Shown here in pieces: positions 40,527-49,865 of a stretch of 64,000 bases of DNA. The notes beneath the pieces are model-generated. The model was not told where the DNA came from, made no database searches, and saw nothing but the letters and a program-made list of their open reading frames with translations. The stretch is from assembly GCA_031414535.1 (NCBI GenBank), contig JANNVQ010000007.1, forward strand, positions 1 through 64,000. The letters run 5' to 3'. Every line of letters starts with the position of its first letter. Within the stretch, counting starts at the first letter, position 1. Origin of the DNA: Gemmatimonas sp. (lineage in GTDB: Bacteria; Gemmatimonadota; Gemmatimonadetes; Gemmatimonadales; Gemmatimonadaceae). Made by a program: the position numbers and the translations under genes.

Positions 40527-41332
40527 AGTTTTGGAAGATGTCTGGATCGGGCAACGACTTCGTCTTTGTGGATGGCATCGGCCACCCGAAATCCGCATCC
40601 CTCGCTTCTGACCCCGACTTCGTGCGTTCTGTCTGCGCCCCCCACACGGGAGTCGGAGCCGATGGGCTCGCGGTGTTCAGGCTCTCCGCGGAGTACGATT
40701 TCGAGCTCAGCTACTTTAACCGAGATGGCAGCGTCGGCGAGCTCTGTGGGAACGCCTCGCTTTGCGCCGTCCGCCTTGCCACGGATTTGGGAATCGCACG
40801 GCAGTCCGGCCTCAAGTTCCAGACCCCCGCGGGTGTAATTGCCGGGCGAATACGCGACGGACGGCCCGAGGTTGATCTACAACCGGTGCAGGGGCTTGTA
40901 ACCGATTCAGGCATCCCGCAGCTGGCCAAAGAGTTCAAGCTGGGCTTTGCCAACACGGGAGTCCCGCACCTCGTTATCCGAACTGAGGACCTCGACGCCA
41001 TCTCGTTGGCGACCCGGGGCCCCGAGCTTCGCTACCACCCCAGCCTCGAGGCTGGAGCCAATGTGAACTGGGTTGGCCGAAACCAAGTCGGGGCGTGGAG
41101 GATGCGGACCTACGAGCGCGGCGTGGAGGCCGAGACCTTGGCCTGCGGAACCGGAGCGGTGGCCTGCGCGGCAATGCTCCGGGCCTGGGGTGAGGCGGGA
41201 GACTCGACGGATTTGATCACAAGGTCCGGCCAGATTCTGACCGTAAGCCTGAAGTCAGATGGGGCCGTGTTGCGACCGACCTTGGCGGGCGAGGGCCGCA
41301 TCGTATTTGAGGGCGAGCTGCGGGACATCTAG
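40523..41332 (+). CDS. dapF: Diaminopimelate epimerase
   Basis: KMSGSGNDF, GVGADG, LCGNA, TGVPH and ERGVEAETLACGTG motifs. Confidence 0.95.
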   Translation: MKFWKMSGSGNDFVFVDGIGHPKSASLASDPDFVRSVCAPHTGVGADGLAVFRLSAEYDFELSYFNRDGSVGELCGNASLCAVRLATDLGIARQSGLKFQTPAGVIAGRIRDGRPEVDLQPVQGLVTDSGIPQLAKEFKLGFANTGVPHLVIRTEDLDAISLATRGPELRYHPSLEAGANVNWVGRNQVGAWRMRTYERGVEAETLACGTGAVACAAMLRAWGEAGDSTDLITRSGQILTVSLKSDGAVLRPTLAGEGRIVFEGELRDI

Positions 41333-41367
41333 TCCTGCGTGGGAAACTCAGCGTTATCCCCATTAGA

Positions 41368-41395
41368 ACTATACATAATACATATTATAAGTAAT
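41368..41395. other. Putative chromosomal dif site (XerC/XerD recombination site)
   Basis: ACTATACATAA-TACATA-TTATAAGTAAT: 11-6-11 layout with the ATAA...TTAT core of E. coli dif (GGTGCGCATAA-TGTATA-TTATGTTAAAT); AT-rich intergenic island at the coding-strand switch. Confidence 0.8.
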
Positions 41396-41487
41396 TATTG
41401 GTGGCAGGATATCTGTGAGCTTACGGTTCAACTTGCAAGCCAGCAAGGCGCCACCAGCTTCCCTCCATCGGCATACAAGCGGCGTAC

Positions 41488-41527
41488 AAAAATGCGGGCC
41501 TGGCATCAGCCAGACCCGCATTCTCTT
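41488..41527 (-). terminator. Intrinsic terminator for the leftward transcript (possibly bidirectional)
   Basis: AATGCGGG-C-CTGGC-ATCA-GCCAG-A-CCCGCATT hairpin with an A-run on the left and TTCTCTT on the right. Confidence 0.7.
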
Positions 41528-41546
41528 AACAATATACCTGAGCTAA

Positions 41547-42176
41547 CTAGGCCTTAGCCTTTATTTCACCGAGTCTTAGTCGCGCCTCAGCAGCGAAGTC
41601 GGAATCCTCGCGAATGGAAATCTCTGTGTAGATCCGCTCAGCCGCCGCGGCCTCGCCGGCCGTCATGTACGAACGGGCTGCGTCCATGCGGTACGCATCC
41701 CGATCGGACGGCAACTGGCTCGCCGCAGCCGCCGCCTCGAAGTCCTTCGCCGCGCCGCTGTGGTCGCCCTTGAGACCCTTGCCTGTGGCCTGCAGTCCAA
41801 GCATGCCAGCACGCATCGCCGCCGGCGCCTTCGCCACGGCAGCAGAAACCACGGCCAGCCCGGAGTCAGCCTGACCGGCCTCGTAATACCACTGGGTGGA
41901 AAGAAGCGCCGCCTGGCTGCCAGCCGAAGTACCCGCGTAGCGCGTCAGGAGCTTCTGGAGTTCGGCCTGAGCCGCCGGAATGCCGCCCGTTGAGTAGGCC
42001 GCCTCGGCAAGGGCAAAGGCCTCTTGGGCACGCTGCTCCTTAATCTCGCCGGAGCGCTTTGCCATCCAAAGGCCGCCGCCGGCAGCGGCCAACACTACTG
42101 CCCCAATCACGATGGGGCGCTGATACCGCTGAAGGGTCTCGGCCACGGAGGGCGAGTCAGAAAAGTCGTTCGTCAT
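41547..42176 (-). CDS. YfgM-like membrane-anchored TPR protein
   Basis: Single N-terminal TM helix followed by Ala-rich helical repeats (RYAGTSAG...A). Confidence 0.65.
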   Translation of the reverse strand: MTNDFSDSPSVAETLQRYQRPIVIGAVVLAAAGGGLWMAKRSGEIKEQRAQEAFALAEAAYSTGGIPAAQAELQKLLTRYAGTSAGSQAALLSTQWYYEAGQADSGLAVVSAAVAKAPAAMRAGMLGLQATGKGLKGDHSGAAKDFEAAAAASQLPSDRDAYRMDAARSYMTAGEAAAAERIYTEISIREDSDFAAEARLRLGEIKAKA

Positions 42177-42256
42177 TGCCTGAGAGATAAAGGTAAAGCC
42201 CGAGGAGGCAGTGGCCCCTCGACATCTAGTGAAAACTAATCGGCCGACTGCCAGAG

Positions 42257-42330
42257 TGCCCCCGGGCAGATTCGAACTGCCGACCTGCGGTTTAGGAAAC
42301 CGTCGCTCTATCCACCTGAGCTACGGGGGC
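42257..42330 (-). tRNA. tRNA-Arg(CCT), CCA not encoded
   Basis: GCCCCCG TAGCTCAGGTGGATAGAGC ... anticodon loop TTCCTAA ... GGCAGTTCGAATCTGCC CGGGGGC A cloverleaf. Confidence 0.95.
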
Positions 42331-42485
42331 AAGCCACAACAAGATAACGCGGCAAAGCGCGAACGCTTAGCCATTCCGTTGTGGTGCGGTCGTGCCCTGC
42401 TCCGCTGCACCCCGTCAAGACGACGCGCGAACCGTGCTCGGCCCGCTTTGCGAGCCAATCGAGCGTGGTTGCTGAGCGGGGAGAC

Positions 42486-43790
42486 TTAGGGATTCCGTGG
42501 TTGAGCGGTTCGGCCTGTACCGCTCGACCCCGCCGAGCGAGTGCCGCCGGACGAGGATTCACCGCTCGAGGATGACTGCGAGGAACCACTGCTCGCCCTC
42601 ACGGTGCTCGGGCCGCTGCTATTGCGAGGCTGCCCCGAACCACCCGTTGATGAGGAGTTCGTTCCGCTGGTGTATCCCTGACCCTTGGTCACGGTACCAG
42701 GCTCACGCCGAGGCTGTGTTGTCACCACTACGGAGCCCGGTACGCCGGTGAACTGCCCATTGCCGTACCAGTTCCCGCCCCCGTACGGCCCGAAGGCCCA
42801 ACGCGAATAGAATCCTCCGCCCACGCAATCGGGGAACCACCCGTAATACGATAATCCCAGCCCTGGATACATCGACCACAGCGGGAAGCTCCCACGCCAA
42901 TTCAGCGCGCCGAACTGAAACTGGTCGCAGAAGGCGTCCATCCTGAGATCACTACCCAACCACGCCTGCTGCCGCGGGGTATTCCATGTGTTTGCCCCAC
43001 CCCCACCCGCCCGCTCAACGCGCGGCGCAAACTGCGCGGGATTTGCTAGTGCCACGCTCAAATCAATGATGCGAGTGGGGGCGTTCGCCGCGACCAGGCG
43101 ACTGAGCTCACGACGTGTTACACGGAAGTTCGAGTTGCCAGTACCCGTTTCGGCCATCCACGCCTCTACTACCAGCGGGTCGGCAAATTGTAGCGCGTCC
43201 TCGATCGCAACTAAGTCCACTGCACGCGCAGCGCCCACACGCGCGCCGGCGGCAAGCACCGCGAGGCTCTTCAACCGCTCCTGCATCGCAGGCGGAAGGT
43301 CCATCCACGGCAGCAGCTCAAAGCGATGCGTGGTCACGTTGTGTTGCTCACCCACTCGCACAGCCATCACCTGCAAGAACTGTCGCTCCGGTGTGATGGA
43401 GAGTACGCCCGACGTGACCTGCTCCTGCCGCGCCGCGCAGTTGGCGATTCCGCGCATGTACACGCGCGCGCCATCCAGCGAGAATGCCGAAGACTCCCAA
43501 CCCTGACAGCCCTCGGCTTCAATGTCGCGGCGCTCGCCATCCGCACGCAGCGTGACCGTCTGCACGACATTCCCAGCAACCAGACTCAACTGCTCAATCT
43601 CAAGCGACGACCCTGCAACGGGCAGCACGCAGGTCATGGCGAGGCTGCGGGCGCCCTCCGCTGGGGCCCAGCATCCAAAGAATGCGGCCCATGGATGTGC
43701 GGAACTCGCCGTCTGCTGGGCTTGGGCAGGCGAAACCGCCAGAAGCGTGAGCCCAGCAGCCGTTCCGATGAACGCTCGAAGGATTCGCAT
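42486..43790 (-). CDS. Exported hypothetical protein with a Gly/Tyr/Trp-rich segment and Ser/Gly-rich tail
   Basis: Signal peptide ending AQA; six Cys; low-complexity C-terminus. Confidence 0.7.
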   Translation of the reverse strand: MRILRAFIGTAAGLTLLAVSPAQAQQTASSAHPWAAFFGCWAPAEGARSLAMTCVLPVAGSSLEIEQLSLVAGNVVQTVTLRADGERRDIEAEGCQGWESSAFSLDGARVYMRGIANCAARQEQVTSGVLSITPERQFLQVMAVRVGEQHNVTTHRFELLPWMDLPPAMQERLKSLAVLAAGARVGAARAVDLVAIEDALQFADPLVVEAWMAETGTGNSNFRVTRRELSRLVAANAPTRIIDLSVALANPAQFAPRVERAGGGGANTWNTPRQQAWLGSDLRMDAFCDQFQFGALNWRGSFPLWSMYPGLGLSYYGWFPDCVGGGFYSRWAFGPYGGGNWYGNGQFTGVPGSVVVTTQPRREPGTVTKGQGYTSGTNSSSTGGSGQPRNSSGPSTVRASSGSSQSSSSGESSSGGTRSAGSSGTGRTAQPRNP

Positions 43791-43800
43791 GACGTCCTCT

Positions 43801-44535
43801 CTAAAGCCGTAAAGTGAATCCGACGGAGGTCGATACGCCCGATAGATCGAGCTTCTCGAATCCCTGGAACGACGGGCGGCCGTCAGCCGATGCGTGGATG
43901 TACTTCAACTCTGTCGTGATGGCGATGCTCGGTATCAAGGTCCACACCACGCCCGTACTGCCAAGCACGAAGCCGGCCTTACCCGAAGCCTCGTAGTTAT
44001 CTCGAAAAATTTCGAGCGTCTGGGAATCCACAAACTCGCCGTTTTGCGTGAAGCGGTACGACATCCGCCCAGCGCCGAGTCCAACATAAGGCACTACGCT
44101 GTTCGGAATCCAAGCATAGGTACCGATCTTCGTGCCGCGCGGGCGCAGCGCGTAGCGGACGGTCGCGCTCAAAGGCCGACGAATGAAGCGCGTGCGCTGA
44201 TTGATTGGTTGTCCGTTTTCGTCCAACCAATCGCGAAGCTCTGACTGCGTGCGACCATCCGTAACGCCGTAGCTGAGCACGAGATCAGTCCTCGCATTGA
44301 GCCGGAAAGCCAAGTCCACGTTCTGGTCGAATGAGGCGATGTCGCGGCGTGACATCGCGAGCTCATCGAAGGCAAAGGCCCACAGGTCACCGCGTGAGGT
44401 CGCGAGCCCAACCCCGCCGGATAGCGTTAGCGTGGCGGGCGGCTCGCGAAAGAGGTATCCGCGTTCGCGTTCGCTCTGCGCAGCGACTGCCGTAGGTAGT
44501 ACGGCGAGCAAAAGTGCCAATACAAACCGGCGCAT
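43801..44535 (-). CDS. Putative outer-membrane beta-barrel protein
   Basis: Signal peptide; amphipathic strands, PYVGLGAG and terminal VGFTLRL. Confidence 0.65.
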   Translation of the reverse strand: MRRFVLALLLAVLPTAVAAQSERERGYLFREPPATLTLSGGVGLATSRGDLWAFAFDELAMSRRDIASFDQNVDLAFRLNARTDLVLSYGVTDGRTQSELRDWLDENGQPINQRTRFIRRPLSATVRYALRPRGTKIGTYAWIPNSVVPYVGLGAGRMSYRFTQNGEFVDSQTLEIFRDNYEASGKAGFVLGSTGVVWTLIPSIAITTELKYIHASADGRPSFQGFEKLDLSGVSTSVGFTLRL

Positions 44536-44623
44536 CTTCCCTCCAAAATGTCCGCAATACAAAATCTACCACTTTGTCGCGGCAAAGTTCCCCGAGAACT
44601 GGGGCGTTTGGCCCGGGCCGTAC

Positions 44624-45151
44624 CTAGAACGAAACTAGCGTCTCCACCAGCACCCCGTGGAGGGTCTTCCGCCAAGGCAGGAACGAAAGGTCAATGACCA
44701 CCCCAATGCCGGCCACCCCAGCGCCGAGCCGATTCGCCAAGCGCCGGGTCGCGGCAGCCGTACCACCCGTGGCGAGCACGTCGTCCACGATGAGCACGAG
44801 CGAAGTGGCATCAATGGCGTCGGTGTGGATTTCCACGGCGTCCTCACCGTACTCCAATGCGTAACGCTCGGTAAGATGGGCGCTCGGCAGCTTGCCAGGC
44901 TTCCGCACGGGCACGAGCGCTGCGCCCAAATGTTGCGCGACCGGCGCGCCAAACAGGAAGCCGCGACTCTCGATGGCCAGGACGTGCGTGATGGACTTTC
45001 CCTTCCAAGGCGCGGCCATAGCGGCCGTAACGTCGGCGAACAGGGCCGGGTCCTGCAGCAGCGGCGTGATGTCCTTGAACACGATGCCCGGTTTGGGAAA
45101 GTCCGGCACATCGCGAATGGTCGCCTTCAGGCGATCGGCGAGACTAAGCAT
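44624..45151 (-). CDS. apt: Adenine phosphoribosyltransferase
   Basis: PDFPKPGIVFKDITPLL, ESRGF, RKPGKLP, YALEYG and VDDVLATGGT motifs. Confidence 0.96.
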   Translation of the reverse strand: MLSLADRLKATIRDVPDFPKPGIVFKDITPLLQDPALFADVTAAMAAPWKGKSITHVLAIESRGFLFGAPVAQHLGAALVPVRKPGKLPSAHLTERYALEYGEDAVEIHTDAIDATSLVLIVDDVLATGGTAAATRRLANRLGAGVAGIGVVIDLSFLPWRKTLHGVLVETLVSF

Positions 45152-45800
45152 CGAAGCCATGTTGACCAATGAGAGGAACGAAGCGCATTACATCGAGGGT
45201 GCTGCGCGTGAATCCCTCGGGCGTGCGGCGCACTCGGATGAGCTTCTGGGTATCGCGGTCGCCAACGGGAATCAACAATTGCCCGCCTTCGCTCAGCTGG
45301 TCAAGCAATGGCTGTGGTATGTCAGGTGAGGCCGCGCCCACGAGGATTGCATCGTAGGGTCCGTATTCAGCCCAGCCCATCGTGCCGTCGCCCACGCGCT
45401 GAATTACGTGGTCAATGCCACAACGCCGCAACGACTCGCGGGCCTGCTCTGCCAGCGGCGCGATCCGCTCAATACTGAACACGTGCTGCGCGAGCTTGGT
45501 AATGAGCGCCGTCTGGAAACCCGAGCCAGTACCAATCTCGAGCACCCGCTCCTGACCCCTGAGCTCTAACAGTTCCAAGTACTTCGCGTGCACCCACGGC
45601 TGGGAGATTGTCTGCCCTTGCCCAATGGGTAGTGGCGAATCCTCGTAGGCGCGATGCCGCAAGCCCGTCGGAACGAACTCGTGCCGCGGCACGTCATCGA
45701 AGGCCTTCAAGACGCTAAGGCTTCGAATCCCCTTTCGCTGCAGTTCCTCAATCAAGCGACGGCGTGCGCCGCCGAACTGCGGCGTCAGAGCGGACGCCAC
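45144..45800 (-). CDS. pcm: Protein-L-isoaspartate O-methyltransferase
   Basis: VPRHEFVP, PIGQGQTISQP, VLEIGTGSGFQ, GPYDAI and RFVPL motifs. Confidence 0.95.
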   Translation of the reverse strand: MASALTPQFGGARRRLIEELQRKGIRSLSVLKAFDDVPRHEFVPTGLRHRAYEDSPLPIGQGQTISQPWVHAKYLELLELRGQERVLEIGTGSGFQTALITKLAQHVFSIERIAPLAEQARESLRRCGIDHVIQRVGDGTMGWAEYGPYDAILVGAASPDIPQPLLDQLSEGGQLLIPVGDRDTQKLIRVRRTPEGFTRSTLDVMRFVPLIGQHGFDA

Positions 45801-46546
45801 CAGCGCTCCGCGTCGTCGAGGCGGTCCTTGGCCGTCAGATCCAGATGCAGGGGCGTGACGGAGATATAGCCATCCTTCACCGCACGGAAGTCGGAATCGT
45901 CAGAGCCACTCCACGCGACCGAGCCACCGCCAATCCAGAAAATTTCGCGCCCCCACGGGTCCTTCATTGGCGTCAGCGAATCGCTGAAAACACGCCGGCC
46001 GAGGCGCGTGAGCCGTACACCCTTCACCTCCGCGGCCGGCACCGCCGGGATGTTCACATTCAGCAACGTATCGGCCGGGAAGGCCGGCAGCGATGTGAGA
46101 TGCGCGAAGAGCTTGGTGAGGTTGTCCACGTGATCGGCGAGCAGCGTGTCGTCGGCGCGCAGCACGCGCCCAGCAAACGACACCGCGATGCTCGGTACGC
46201 CCAGCGCCAGGCCTTCCATGGCAGCGGCCACCGTACCTGAGTAGAGCACATCCTCGCCCATATTCGGGCCGTGATTGATGCCGCTCAGCACGAAGTCTGG
46301 GCGCTCGGGGAGCAGGGCCTCGATGGCGAGCATCACACAGTCCGTAGGCGTGCCGTCCACTTGCCAGCGCTGCGGACCCAACTGGATGGGCCGTAGCGGA
46401 TGATGCAACGTCAGTGAGTGGCTGGTGGCGCTCTGCTCGCGGTCCGGCGCAACCACCCAGACGTCACCCAGTGGGCGAGCGGCGCGCTCGAGGCACTCCA
46501 GCCCTCGCGCGAGAATTCCATCATCATTGCTCAGCAGCAGCCGCAT
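45785..46546 (-). CDS. surE: 5'/3'-nucleotidase SurE
   Basis: LLSNDDG, APDREQSATS, GTPTDCV, SGINHG and YSGTVAAA motifs. Confidence 0.96.
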   Translation of the reverse strand: MRLLLSNDDGILARGLECLERAARPLGDVWVVAPDREQSATSHSLTLHHPLRPIQLGPQRWQVDGTPTDCVMLAIEALLPERPDFVLSGINHGPNMGEDVLYSGTVAAAMEGLALGVPSIAVSFAGRVLRADDTLLADHVDNLTKLFAHLTSLPAFPADTLLNVNIPAVPAAEVKGVRLTRLGRRVFSDSLTPMKDPWGREIFWIGGGSVAWSGSDDSDFRAVKDGYISVTPLHLDLTAKDRLDDAERWWRPL

Positions 46547-46905
46547 CAGTCGTTCCGCTCCAAAATGGCGAGGATTCCCAGTAGATCCTTCTCCAGCATC
46601 TGCACCGTCTCCGTATCCAAGCCATGCCGAGCGGCGGGCTTGACGCCGCCACTTTTGCGGTGCTCATCCACCTTCTGTTTGGCGCCTTCGATGGTGTACT
46701 TCTCGGTGTACAGTAAATGCTTCACCAGCATGACCAGTTCGACTTCGCGCCGCGTGTAGACGCGGTTGCCCGAACGGTTCTTGGCCGGTGACAGAAACCG
46801 GAACTGGCTTTCCCAATAGCGCAGGACATGTGGCTTGAGGTCCGAGAGCTCACACACGTCCCCGATGGAGAAGAACTCGCGGATAGGTTCCGCCCCAGAC
46901 GCCAT
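46546..46905 (-). CDS. Small MerR-family HTH regulator
   Basis: FSIGDVCELSDLKPHVLRYWE...RSGNRVY...YTIEGAK. Confidence 0.88.
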   Translation of the reverse strand: MASGAEPIREFFSIGDVCELSDLKPHVLRYWESQFRFLSPAKNRSGNRVYTRREVELVMLVKHLLYTEKYTIEGAKQKVDEHRKSGGVKPAARHGLDTETVQMLEKDLLGILAILERND

Positions 46906-47897
46906 CAGTCCTGCTCTCCCTTCAGATCGCGGGTCATCAACTCCACCAGCGCCCAGCGTGCCGGTTGACGCTCAAAGAGGACGCGATGCACCGCGTTCAC
47001 AATCGGCATCTCCACACCGTGTTTCTCGGCGAGGCGCTTCGCGGTCTCCGTGGTGGTCACACCCTCGGCAACGGTCTCGCGGCCCTGGAGGATCTCGTTC
47101 AGCGCTGCTCCGCGACCGATCTCCAGTCCGACGGCGCGATTGCGCGACAGGGAGCCGGTGCACGTAAGCACGAGGTCGCCCATTCCGGCGAGTCCGGCAA
47201 AGGTCCGCGGATCCGCACCCAGCTTCACGCCCAGACGCGTCATCTCAGCGAGGCCGCGCGTGATGAGTGCAGCGCGGGCATTGAAGCCCAGTTGCAATCC
47301 GTCGGCAATGCCGGTGGCCACGGCCATCACGTTCTTGATGGCCCCGCCGAGTTCTACGCCAATGACGTCACTCTGTGTGTAGACGCGAAACGCCGAGGTG
47401 GAAAGTGCCTGCTGCGTGAGACGCGCGGCATCTTCGTCGGCGGACGCGGCCACGATGGCGGTCGGCAGGTGATTGGCTACCTCCAACGCGAAGCTCGGGC
47501 CGCTGAGCGCGACGATGGGATGACCCTGAATCTCACCGCCCACCACATCGGTCATCAGCTCGAGCTTGTCGCGATCAATGCCCTTGGTGGCGACGACGAG
47601 TGGCACGCCGGCCGGCACGAATCGCGCGCAACTCGCGGCAACCTGCCGGAGCACGTGTGAGGGCGCCACAAAGATGACGAGCTCCACGCCCTCGAGCACA
47701 TGCTCCTCGACGCTCGAGGCACGCAAGTCGGGATGCAGCGAGACACCGGCGAGGAAGCGTCGGTTCTCATTCGCCGCGTTGATGCTCTCCACCACATCGG
47801 CCTCGTAGGCCCAGAGCATCACCTCGTGGTCGTTCTCAGAGAGCAGGTTGGCGAGCGCGGTGCCCCAAGCGCCCGCGCCAATCACGGCAATTTTCAC
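46905..47897 (-). CDS. gpsA: NAD(P)H-dependent glycerol-3-phosphate dehydrogenase
   Basis: GAGAWGTALA, SGPSFA, GGAIKNV and GDLVLTCTGSLSRN motifs. Confidence 0.96.
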   Translation of the reverse strand: MKIAVIGAGAWGTALANLLSENDHEVMLWAYEADVVESINAANENRRFLAGVSLHPDLRASSVEEHVLEGVELVIFVAPSHVLRQVAASCARFVPAGVPLVVATKGIDRDKLELMTDVVGGEIQGHPIVALSGPSFALEVANHLPTAIVAASADEDAARLTQQALSTSAFRVYTQSDVIGVELGGAIKNVMAVATGIADGLQLGFNARAALITRGLAEMTRLGVKLGADPRTFAGLAGMGDLVLTCTGSLSRNRAVGLEIGRGAALNEILQGRETVAEGVTTTETAKRLAEKHGVEMPIVNAVHRVLFERQPARWALVELMTRDLKGEQD

Positions 47898-48529
47898 GCG
47901 ACCTCCTTCGTCTTTCCGAATGTCTTAGGCTCCGTACCCGCACGAAGCCGCGCAATGTTCTTTGTGTGCAGTCCAATCACCGCGCCCATAACCAAGGCCG
48001 CGGTCAGGACAAGCGGGAGGTTGTCAATGTCGATGACGAGCACCGAGATGAAGAGCGTGACGGCAGCAGCAAGACTGGCCAAAGAAACGTATCCGCTCCC
48101 GGCCGCCACCACGATAAATGCAATGAGAGCAACGCCGAGGGCGACCGGTTGAAGCCCGAGAAACACGCCAGCTGCCGTCGCGACGCCCTTTCCGCCACCC
48201 TTCCACAGCAGGAAGATGGGCTTCAAATGTCCGAGAATTGCGGCAATGCCGCAACCGATAGCCCAGAGGGTGAGATCGCGCGTTTCGAATCCCCACACGC
48301 CGGCAATGCGCGGCGGAAGCAGCAGCACCGGCAGGTAGCCTTTTGCCGCATCAATCAGCAGCACGATGATGGCAGGCACGGGGCCCAAGTTCCGGTACAC
48401 GTTGGTGGCCCCAAGGTTGCCGGACCCTATGGTGCGCAGATCAATGCCCTTCAGGAGGCGACCGGCGATGTACGCCGTGGGAATGGAGCCACACAAATAC
48501 GCTGCGAACAGCGCGAGACTCCAATGCAT
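47894..48529 (-). CDS. plsY: Glycerol-3-phosphate acyltransferase PlsY
   Basis: YLCGSIP, GSGNLGATN, GGKGVAT and HTKNIARL motifs; start chosen after GGAGG. Confidence 0.94.
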   Translation of the reverse strand: MHWSLALFAAYLCGSIPTAYIAGRLLKGIDLRTIGSGNLGATNVYRNLGPVPAIIVLLIDAAKGYLPVLLLPPRIAGVWGFETRDLTLWAIGCGIAAILGHLKPIFLLWKGGGKGVATAAGVFLGLQPVALGVALIAFIVVAAGSGYVSLASLAAAVTLFISVLVIDIDNLPLVLTAALVMGAVIGLHTKNIARLRAGTEPKTFGKTKEVA

Positions 48530-48545
48530 CCCTCCGCCTCCCCAC

Positions 48546-49865
48546 TCACTCATTGCGACCACCCTTCTGGCGCATCATGATGTTGAGGGGGTTTCCAAGG
48601 AAGCCGTACTTCTCGCGGAAGCCATTGTGCAGGTAGCGCACATAGTGCTCCTGCACGAGATCCGGATGATTGCCCAACACCACGATGCCCGGCGGTGCGG
48701 TGGCCACCTGCGTGGCAAAGTTGAGCTTCACCTCGTGACCGGCCGCCTGCGGCGGCTGACGACGCGCCAAGAGCTCCTGCAGCGTGTCGTTGACGTCAGA
48801 GGTGGGAATGCGCTTGGATCGCTCAGCCTCAACCTGGAGCAGCAAGTCGAGTACCTTCGTCACGCGCTGGCCCGTCAGCGCAGACGTGAATAGGAACGGA
48901 ATCCATTTCAGGTAAGGCGCCTTCTCGGCGCATTCCTTCTCAAACTTGGCGGCCGTCTTGTCGTCCTTCTCCTTCAAGTCCCACTTGTTGACGACGATGA
49001 TCATCCCGCGCCCGGCTTCCCACGCCAGCGTCGCAATCTTGAGGTCCTGATTGTGCAGGCCCTCAACGGCGTCAATCATCAGGATGCAAATGTCGGAGCG
49101 CTCGATGGCGCGCCGCGTGCGCAGCGACGAATAGAACTCAATGCCGTCGTCAATCTTGCTCTGACGCCGTAGGCCTGCGGTGTCCACGAAGATGAACGGG
49201 CGCTGATGATACGTGAACGGCGTGTCAATGGAATCGCGCGTGGTGCCTGGTGTGTCGCTCACCACCAAACGCTCTTCGCCCAGCAAGCGGTTGATGTACG
49301 AGCTCTTGCCCACATTCGGGCGACCGATGACAGCCACGCGGAGCACTTCGGGGCCAGGTTCATCCTCATTCGCGGGCAAGCGCTCGACGATGGTGTCGAG
49401 CAGGTCGCCGGAGTTCTTGCCGTTGGTGGCAGACACAGGCATCACATCGCCTGCGCCGAGATTGAAGAATTCGAAATAGTCCGTGCTCTTTGGGTCGTCC
49501 ACCTTGTTCGCGACGACAAGCCACGGCTTCCGCGATCCGCGCAACATGTCCAGAATGCGCGAGTCGCTGGGATGCAGACCGGCCTTCGCATCCACCATGA
49601 ACAGCATCAGGTCGGCTTCGGCAATGGCCTCGCGCACCTGATGCTTGATCGCCACGTCCATCGGGAGCACGGAGTCTTCAATGAGACCGCCCGTGTCTAC
49701 CAGCCAGAAGGAACGTCCCTGCCACTCGCAGCGTGAGAAGTGACGGTCACGCGTGGTGCCCGCTTCCTCGCTCACGATGGCGGCGTTGTCGCCGATGAGT
49801 CGATTAAACAGCGCGGACTTGCCCACGTTCGGGCGTCCGACGAGTGCCACGACTGGGATGCTCAT
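48546..49865 (-). CDS. der: Ribosome biogenesis GTPase Der (EngA)
   Basis: Two GRPNVGKS / DTxG / NKxD GTPase modules and a KH-like C-terminus. Confidence 0.97.
   Translation of the reverse strand: MSIPVVALVGRPNVGKSALFNRLIGDNAAIVSEEAGTTRDRHFSRCEWQGRSFWLVDTGGLIEDSVLPMDVAIKHQVREAIAEADLMLFMVDAKAGLHPSDSRILDMLRGSRKPWLVVANKVDDPKSTDYFEFFNLGAGDVMPVSATNGKNSGDLLDTIVERLPANEDEPGPEVLRVAVIGRPNVGKSSYINRLLGEERLVVSDTPGTTRDSIDTPFTYHQRPFIFVDTAGLRRQSKIDDGIEFYSSLRTRRAIERSDICILMIDAVEGLHNQDLKIATLAWEAGRGMIIVVNKWDLKEKDDKTAAKFEKECAEKAPYLKWIPFLFTSALTGQRVTKVLDLLLQVEAERSKRIPTSDVNDTLQELLARRQPPQAAGHEVKLNFATQVATAPPGIVVLGNHPDLVQEHYVRYLHNGFREKYGFLGNPLNIMMRQKGGRNE

Noticed and set aside
41339..41557. 72-aa ORF across the AT-rich spacer
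   Set aside because: Atypical composition, no recognisable motif, and it overlaps the dif-like site and a terminator; likely spurious.
42257..42330. tRNA-Arg as the attachment site of an integrated element
   Set aside because: I saw no duplicated tRNA 3' end and no integrase beside it; downstream is an ordinary TPR gene.
44563..44595. ECF-sigma-like promoter (GGAACTT, - strand) upstream of the beta-barrel gene
   Set aside because: The -10 element is not convincing, so it cannot be supported by eye.
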